Below are positions 58,278-64,000 of a stretch of DNA of 64,000 bases, in pieces. A program made the position numbers and the translations under genes. Each line of letters opens with the position of its first letter. Position 1 is the first letter of the stretch. Source of the DNA: an uncultured Candidatus Binatia bacterium (GTDB taxonomy: Bacteria; Desulfobacterota; Binatia; Bin18); assembly GCA_965200965.1 (NCBI GenBank), contig OZ241744.1, positions 2,400,001 to 2,464,000 on the forward strand, read 5' to 3'. The notes beneath the pieces are model-generated. The model did not search any database. It saw only the letters and a program-made list of their open reading frames with translations, and was not told the DNA's origin.

Positions 58278-61202
58278 ATGGAAAATCCACTGCTGAAGGT
58301 CCATCAACTCGGCCAGAGCATTTGGTACGACAATATCCGGCGCGGCCTGATTACCTCGGGCGAACTGCGCGCCCTCGTCAAACGCGACGGCGTGTGCGGA
58401 ATCACCTCCAACCCGGCGATCTTCGAGAAGGCCCTGTCCAACACCGCGGATTACGACCAAGCCATGCGGGCTCTGGTTGAGCAGGGGGTTGGAACGAACA
58501 AAGACATATATGAACGGCTGGCCATCCAGGATATTCAGATGGCCGCCGACCTCTTAGCCCCAATCTACCACGACACGAACCGGCGGGACGGCTATGTGAG
58601 CTTTGAGGTCTCGCCCCATCTGGCCCATGATACGCGCGGGACAGTCAAAGAGGCGCGGCGGCTGCGGTCGGCGGTTGACCGTGAAAATGTCATGATCAAA
58701 GTCCCGGCCACCCAGGCCGGTATCCCGGCCATCACCCAACTTGTCAGCGAAGGCACAAACATCAACGTTACCCTGCTGTTCGCAGTAGATGTCTATGAGG
58801 CTGCCGCCACCGCCTATATGGCCGGTTTGGAACGGCTGTGCGCCAGCGGTGGGGAGTTGGCCAAGGTCAGCAGTGTGGCCAGCTTTTTTGTCAGTCGGCT
58901 CGACTCCCTGATTGACGAGCGGCTGAACACGGCCCTTGACGTGGCTGACCCGGCCCAGCGGGACCACATCAGGGGGCTGCTCGGCACCGCGGCCATTGCC
59001 AACGCAAAGGCCGCGTATGCCGCCTACCAGAACATTATCGCCAGCCAGCGCTGGCAAAGCCTGGCCGCCCGTGGAGCCAAGCCCCAACGCCTGCTGTGGG
59101 CCAGCACGAGCACCAAGAATCCGGCCTATCCGAAGACCAGGTATATTGATGCGCTGATCGGGCCGGATACGGTCAGCACCCTGCCGGATGAGACGCTGCG
59201 CGCGTTTCGCCAGCTCGGTCGGCCTCAGCAGCCCCGTCTGACCGAAAACTGGCCTGAAGGGCTTGAGCAAGCCCAGGCCAGGCTTCGCAGCCTGGGTCAG
59301 CTTGGCATTTCTCTGCGAGAGGCGACCGATCATCTGCTGACCGACGGGGTCAAAAAGTTTGGCGATTCGTTCGACGCCCTGCTGAGCGCCATAGAACACA
59401 AACGCCAAGCCCTGCTCGGACCGGACTTGGCCCGGCAAGACTCCAATCTCGGAGAAGCCAGCCCCGCGGTTGAGGCGGCGCTCAAAGAGTGGCGCGCCTC
59501 GGGCAAAGTCCGCCGTCTGTGGCAGGGCGATACCTCCCTGTGGTCGCGGACAGACGAGGACAGGTGGCTCGGCTGGTTGTCGGTCGTTGAGCGGCAGCGG
59601 GAACACCTTGCCGAGCTGCGCCAGATTGCCGACGAGCTCCGCGCCAGTGGCATCCGCCACCTTGTGCTGCTGGGGATGGGTGGCTCAAGTCTGTGCCCCG
59701 ATGTCCTCCGGGCCAGCTTTGGCAAGAAAGCGAACGATAAGAGCCACTATTCAGGAAGAGGGCAGCGTTCGCTCTCTCAGGGCGGCTTTCCTGAACTGCA
59801 TGTGCTTGACTCGACCGTCCCCGCCCAAGTTCAGGCCACGGTCAAACGCATAGACCCGGCCCGGACCGTGTGCATTGTCTCCTCAAAATCGGGCGAGACG
59901 ATTGAACCGCAGGTCCTCAAGGACTACTTCGCGGACGCGATACAAAGCGCCATCGGTCCAGAACCAGTCGGGAGCCGTTTCATTGCCATTACCGACCCTG
60001 AGACCGCCCTCCACCGGCTGGCCCGGGCAGAGGGTTTTCGCCACATTGTCCACGGCAGCCCCGACATAGGCGGGCGGTTTTCCGCCCTGTCGCCGTTTGG
60101 TCTGCTGCCAGCCGCCCTGATGGGAGTCGATGTCGAGCGTTTTCTTGACAGCGCAATGCGGATGGTCCAATCCTGCGCCGCCAGTGTTCCGCCCGATGCC
60201 AACCCCGGCGTCAGCCTGGGGATCATCCTGGCCACGTTCGGCCAGCAGGGGCGGGACAAGCTCACGTTCATCACCTCACCGCCAATCGGGAGCCTGGAGA
60301 CCTGGCTCGAACAACTCATTGCCGAGTCAACCGGCAAAAACGGGCGGGGCCTGATTCCGGTTGCTGGCGAACCGCTCGGACCGCCCGAGGTGTACGGCCA
60401 CGACCGGCTGTTTGTCTACATCCGCCTCAACACAGCGCCCTCAACCGAACAGGACGCCGCGGTCGCTGCCCTGGAACGCGCCGGCCAGCCGTCGGTCCGG
60501 ATTACGCTTGAGCAGACAATTGATCTGGGCCAGGAGTTCTTCCGCTGGGAAATCGCCACCGCGGTGGCCGGTTCGCTCTTGGGCGTCAATCCCTTCAACC
60601 AACCCGATGTCGAAGCCAGCAAGCGGGCAACGCGGACCTTGATGGATCGCTACCAGCAAGAAGGTGGCACTCGGCCAGGCGCGTCTGCCATGCTGGAGGA
60701 GGCCGGGCTTCGGCTGTGTACCGACGCGCGAAACGCCGACTCCCTGCTGTCCGCGGCTCCGGCCTGGACCCTGGAAGCAGCCCTGGCCGCCCATCTCAGC
60801 CAACTGCGGGCCGGCGACTATCTGGCCATCAACGCCTATCTCGACATGAGCCCGGCCAACGGCCGGATACTGCAACAGCTCCGCCAGGCCATTCGTGACA
60901 AAAAACGGGTTGCCACTACCCTCGGCTATGGACCGCGCTTCTTACACTCAACAGGTCAGTCGCACAAAGGCGGGCCTGACACCGGGGTCTTTCTCCAGCT
61001 CACGGCCGACGACAGCCCGGATATCGCCATCCCCGGCCGACCCTACAGTTTTGGCGTCCTGAAAAATGCCCAGGCCCAGGGTGACGCCGAGGTCCTGGCC
61101 GAACGCGGCAGACGGTGTGTCCGCATCCATCTTGGTGCAGATATCCACGCCGGCCTGGCCCATCTCCACACCGTGGTCCAGCGTGCTCTGGGGGAAAAGT
61201 GA
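58278..61202 (+). CDS. Bifunctional transaldolase/glucose-6-phosphate isomerase
   Basis: TSNPAIFEKA, MIKVPAT, WASTSTK; GMGGSS, SKSG.T.E, GGRFS, EQLIAESTGK, HSTGQ.HKGG. Confidence 0.95.
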   Translation: MENPLLKVHQLGQSIWYDNIRRGLITSGELRALVKRDGVCGITSNPAIFEKALSNTADYDQAMRALVEQGVGTNKDIYERLAIQDIQMAADLLAPIYHDTNRRDGYVSFEVSPHLAHDTRGTVKEARRLRSAVDRENVMIKVPATQAGIPAITQLVSEGTNINVTLLFAVDVYEAAATAYMAGLERLCASGGELAKVSSVASFFVSRLDSLIDERLNTALDVADPAQRDHIRGLLGTAAIANAKAAYAAYQNIIASQRWQSLAARGAKPQRLLWASTSTKNPAYPKTRYIDALIGPDTVSTLPDETLRAFRQLGRPQQPRLTENWPEGLEQAQARLRSLGQLGISLREATDHLLTDGVKKFGDSFDALLSAIEHKRQALLGPDLARQDSNLGEASPAVEAALKEWRASGKVRRLWQGDTSLWSRTDEDRWLGWLSVVERQREHLAELRQIADELRASGIRHLVLLGMGGSSLCPDVLRASFGKKANDKSHYSGRGQRSLSQGGFPELHVLDSTVPAQVQATVKRIDPARTVCIVSSKSGETIEPQVLKDYFADAIQSAIGPEPVGSRFIAITDPETALHRLARAEGFRHIVHGSPDIGGRFSALSPFGLLPAALMGVDVERFLDSAMRMVQSCAASVPPDANPGVSLGIILATFGQQGRDKLTFITSPPIGSLETWLEQLIAESTGKNGRGLIPVAGEPLGPPEVYGHDRLFVYIRLNTAPSTEQDAAVAALERAGQPSVRITLEQTIDLGQEFFRWEIATAVAGSLLGVNPFNQPDVEASKRATRTLMDRYQQEGGTRPGASAMLEEAGLRLCTDARNADSLLSAAPAWTLEAALAAHLSQLRAGDYLAINAYLDMSPANGRILQQLRQAIRDKKRVATTLGYGPRFLHSTGQSHKGGPDTGVFLQLTADDSPDIAIPGRPYSFGVLKNAQAQGDAEVLAERGRRCVRIHLGADIHAGLAHLHTVVQRALGEK

Positions 61203-61255
61203 ACAATGCCCTCTCCCTGACCGAGCTGGGTATCAGCGTTCATTTTGAGACAGGT

Positions 61256-61939
61256 ATGGCCCAAGACATTACCGAACACGCGCTCAGCCTTATTGACAAC
61301 GGCACCATCGTCGGGCTGGGCTCGGGGCGGGCGGCGCGGGATTTTGTGCGTGCCCTAGGCACCCGCGTCCAGGCCGGCCTCCAGGTCCAAGGCGTGCCAA
61401 CCTCCCGAACAACCGCCGGCCTGGCCCGGAGCCAGGGGATTCCTCTCTTTGGACCGGACGAGGTTGACCGGATTGATATTGCGGTTGACGGCGCAGACGA
61501 GGTCGATCCATCGCTCCAGCTGATCAAGGGCTATGGCGGGGCGCTGGTCCGGGAAAAAATTGTGGCCGCCTCGGCCAAACGCTTTGTCGTTCTTGTCGGC
61601 CAAGAGAAACTCGTACCGGTCCTTGGCTCGCGCGGCAAACTCCCCCTCGAAGTCCTCCCCTTTGGTGCCGCCCTGTGTTTGCGGCTGCTGGATGAACTCG
61701 GCTGGCAGCCACTGCTGCGCCAGGAAACCGGCACGCCATGTACCACCGACAACGGCAACTATCTGGTGGACTGCCACATCCCCCTCCTGCCTTCTCCCGC
61801 GGTCTGGGAGCGACGCTTGTCAGCCATGCCCGGCATCGTGGGCACCGGCCTCTTCATTGACATGGCCCACACGGTCCTGATCCAGACTGGCGACACCGTA
61901 CAGGTCCGCCAGCGAACCCCCACCATACTGCCCCCATGA
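61256..61939 (+). CDS. rpiA: Ribose-5-phosphate isomerase A
   Basis: GLGSG, DGADEVD, IKGYGGAL.REK, TDNGN. Confidence 0.95.
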   Translation: MAQDITEHALSLIDNGTIVGLGSGRAARDFVRALGTRVQAGLQVQGVPTSRTTAGLARSQGIPLFGPDEVDRIDIAVDGADEVDPSLQLIKGYGGALVREKIVAASAKRFVVLVGQEKLVPVLGSRGKLPLEVLPFGAALCLRLLDELGWQPLLRQETGTPCTTDNGNYLVDCHIPLLPSPAVWERRLSAMPGIVGTGLFIDMAHTVLIQTGDTVQVRQRTPTILPP

Positions 61940-62000
61940 AAGACGCCACGCCCAGGTGCTTCTTTACTCCCCCGCCTGGACAAGCGCGCAAGGATGAACA

Positions 62001-63095
62001 ATGCCCAACATACACCCCTCCACTATGGCTCCCCTGACGACCTGGGCGCGCCTCTTATGGGAAAACCGCGGTGTGGCCCCGCCCTACTGGGGAAAACTGG
62101 CCGGCATTCTGCTGCTCAGCAGCCTGGCCAGCCCCCTGCGTCTCGCCGAGCGGCTCCGCTACGGTCGGCACGTCACCCACACGCCAATCGCCCCCCAGCC
62201 GCTCTTCATCCTGGGATTTGCCCGCAGCGGCACGACGCATTTGCACAACCTGTTGCAGCATGATCCCCAGTACGGCACGGTCTCAACCTTTCAGGCAGCC
62301 GTGCCGACCTTCTTCCTGATCGGACGCGGCTGGCTCAAACGCCAGATGGCAAAATCCCTCCCAGCCACCAGACCCGGGGACAATGTGCGTGTGTCCCTTG
62401 ACGCGCCACTCGAAGAAGAAGTCGCACTCAGCAATACCTGTGCGCTCTCCCCTGTCCATCACCTGTCGTTTCCCCAGCAGACCCGCGCCTATCTGGACAA
62501 ATATCTCACCATGCAGGGATGCACGAACAAAGAGCTGGCCCGCTGGGAGCAGGTCTATCTGGATATCCTGCGCAAGGCGACCCTTGCCCACAACGGACGC
62601 CCCCTCGTCCTGAAGAGCCCGAACAACACCAGCCGGATTCCCCATCTCCTGCGCCTCTTCCCCGAGGCAAAATTCATCCACATCGTCCGCAACCCCTACC
62701 GCGTGTATGGCTCAATGCTGCACCTGTATCAGACCATCCTGCCTCTCTTTCAACTCCAGGACATCGCCGGCGACGACATAGTTGACTACGTCCTGCACGG
62801 ATACACGCTCACTATGCGGGCCTATCTGCACGACCGGGCCTTGATTCCCAAGAGGAATCTCGCCGAAGTCCGTTTTGAAGACCTCGAACGGCAGCCACTC
62901 GCCGAACTCGAACGCCTCTACACCGAGTTGGCCCTGCCGGGCTGGCAGCAGGCCCAAGGCCCGATACGCGAGTATCTCCACACCCTGTCCGGCTATCAGA
63001 AAAACCGCCTCTCGCTGGACCATTCCGCCATCAAGCGCATCGAGCAGGAGTGGCAATTCGTTTTGGATGTCTGGCCCTACCCACTCCCCAACTAA
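62001..63095 (+). CDS. Sulfotransferase
   Basis: RSGTTHLH, LKSP, IHIVRNP..S, FEDL..P. Confidence 0.9.
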   Translation: MPNIHPSTMAPLTTWARLLWENRGVAPPYWGKLAGILLLSSLASPLRLAERLRYGRHVTHTPIAPQPLFILGFARSGTTHLHNLLQHDPQYGTVSTFQAAVPTFFLIGRGWLKRQMAKSLPATRPGDNVRVSLDAPLEEEVALSNTCALSPVHHLSFPQQTRAYLDKYLTMQGCTNKELARWEQVYLDILRKATLAHNGRPLVLKSPNNTSRIPHLLRLFPEAKFIHIVRNPYRVYGSMLHLYQTILPLFQLQDIAGDDIVDYVLHGYTLTMRAYLHDRALIPKRNLAEVRFEDLERQPLAELERLYTELALPGWQQAQGPIREYLHTLSGYQKNRLSLDHSAIKRIEQEWQFVLDVWPYPLPN

Positions 63096-63119
63096 TCATT
63101 CAGCCGAGGAGTCGAGCCC

Positions 63120-64000
63120 ATGCTACGCTTTGCCGAAGAGATTCTTCTTCTGTTGTTCAACGAAGGATCCGGGGCAATCCACCCCTCCTTTCCCCCGCGC
63201 TCATTAGATATCGTTCTCGCCGGTGCCGTGCTGATGGACCTGGCTCTGGAAGGCCGCATTGATACCGATCTCGAACACCTGACCGTGCTTGATGCAAGGC
63301 CACTCGCAGACGATATCCTCGATCCCACCCTGGCCGATATCGTCAGCGATCAGCCCCACGCGCGCGACATCGGTTTCTGGCTCACCCGGACAGCCAAACG
63401 CGGCGGCGAAATCCGTGACCACGGCGTGGCACGCTTGATCGCACACGGCATTCTCGAAGGCGAGGACGACAGCCCGCTCTCCCTGTCGTCCGTGGTGGTC
63501 CGCTCCCGACGCTATCCGCTCAGCGACGGAGAAAGAGTCGAGGAAGTGCGGCTGCGGCTCATGCGCGTGCTGTTCACCGAAGAGATTCCCGACCAGCGCG
63601 ATATCGTGCTCATCTGCCTAGCGGATGCCTGCGGCATTTTCGAGGCCATCCTGTCCAAGTCGGAACGGGCCGAGGTGCAGGAGCGCATCGAGATAGTGCG
63701 GAAACTGGACCTGATCGGGCAGGCACTGACGCAGGCGGTGCAGCACCTCGAGTCGGCCCCCCGCCCAGCCCCACACCGGCGCAAGGACATACCGCAGGCC
63801 CCCGGGCTGCCGCTCATCGGCAATGCCTTCAGCCTGCGATACAACCTCCCCAGCTTTCTCGCACAGCAGTACCACGCCCTAGGGCCGGTTTTCCGCACCC
63901 GCGCCTTCAACTATCGCTTCATCGCCCTCGTCGGCCCGGAGGCCAATCGTTTCCTGGCACGGGACACGCGCCATTTTCGGAGTTATGAAACATGGGTTCC
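63120..64000 (+). CDS. GPP34 (GOLPH3/Vps74-like) domain fused to a cytochrome P450 N-terminus (3'-partial)
   Basis: Read manually: MLRFAEEILLL..AGAVLMDLALEGRIDTD..RRYP, then PQAPGLPLIGN..LGPVFR..LVGPEANRF; open to the window end. Confidence 0.8.
   Translation, partial: MLRFAEEILLLLFNEGSGAIHPSFPPRSLDIVLAGAVLMDLALEGRIDTDLEHLTVLDARPLADDILDPTLADIVSDQPHARDIGFWLTRTAKRGGEIRDHGVARLIAHGILEGEDDSPLSLSSVVVRSRRYPLSDGERVEEVRLRLMRVLFTEEIPDQRDIVLICLADACGIFEAILSKSERAEVQERIEIVRKLDLIGQALTQAVQHLESAPRPAPHRRKDIPQAPGLPLIGNAFSLRYNLPSFLAQQYHALGPVFRTRAFNYRFIALVGPEANRFLARDTRHFRSYETWV

Overview
GC-rich bacterial chromosome segment; gene content is consistent with a deltaproteobacterium-like, possibly host-associated organism (inference only). 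The backbone is housekeeping and metabolic: two TldD/TldE pairs, NhaC-family transporter, moaA, SDRs, acyl-CoA dehydrogenase, leuCD, djlA, Co-type nitrile hydratase, fused ETF, pilD, tmk-holB-metG-tatD, fur, hpnH-like radical SAM, tal-pgi, rpiA, a sulfotransferase and a partial GPP34-P450 fusion. Several accessory inserts interrupt it. (1) A 2.1-kb AAA-ATPase cassette flanked by a 127-bp duplicated tldD 3' end. (2) A UG/Abi-like reverse transcriptase with one in-frame amber codon, flanked by 12-bp inverted repeats. (3) A ~7.7-kb integrase-less plasmid/phage-like remnant (~9.75-17.47 kb). It carries three secreted paralogs with variable N-termini and a conserved C-terminal domain, recurrent intergenic hairpins, and three tandem antisense-RNA-like units (each with its own promoter and a terminator with a different loop) in front of an HTH Rep-like gene. 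(4) An SNF2 helicase plus actin/Hsp70-fold ATPase pair. (5) A DNA methyltransferase next to an Eco29kI-like nuclease remnant. Many defence-type genes are broken. No rRNA, tRNA, integrase, transposase or true CRISPR array was recognised. All family calls come from motif recognition by eye, not database searches.
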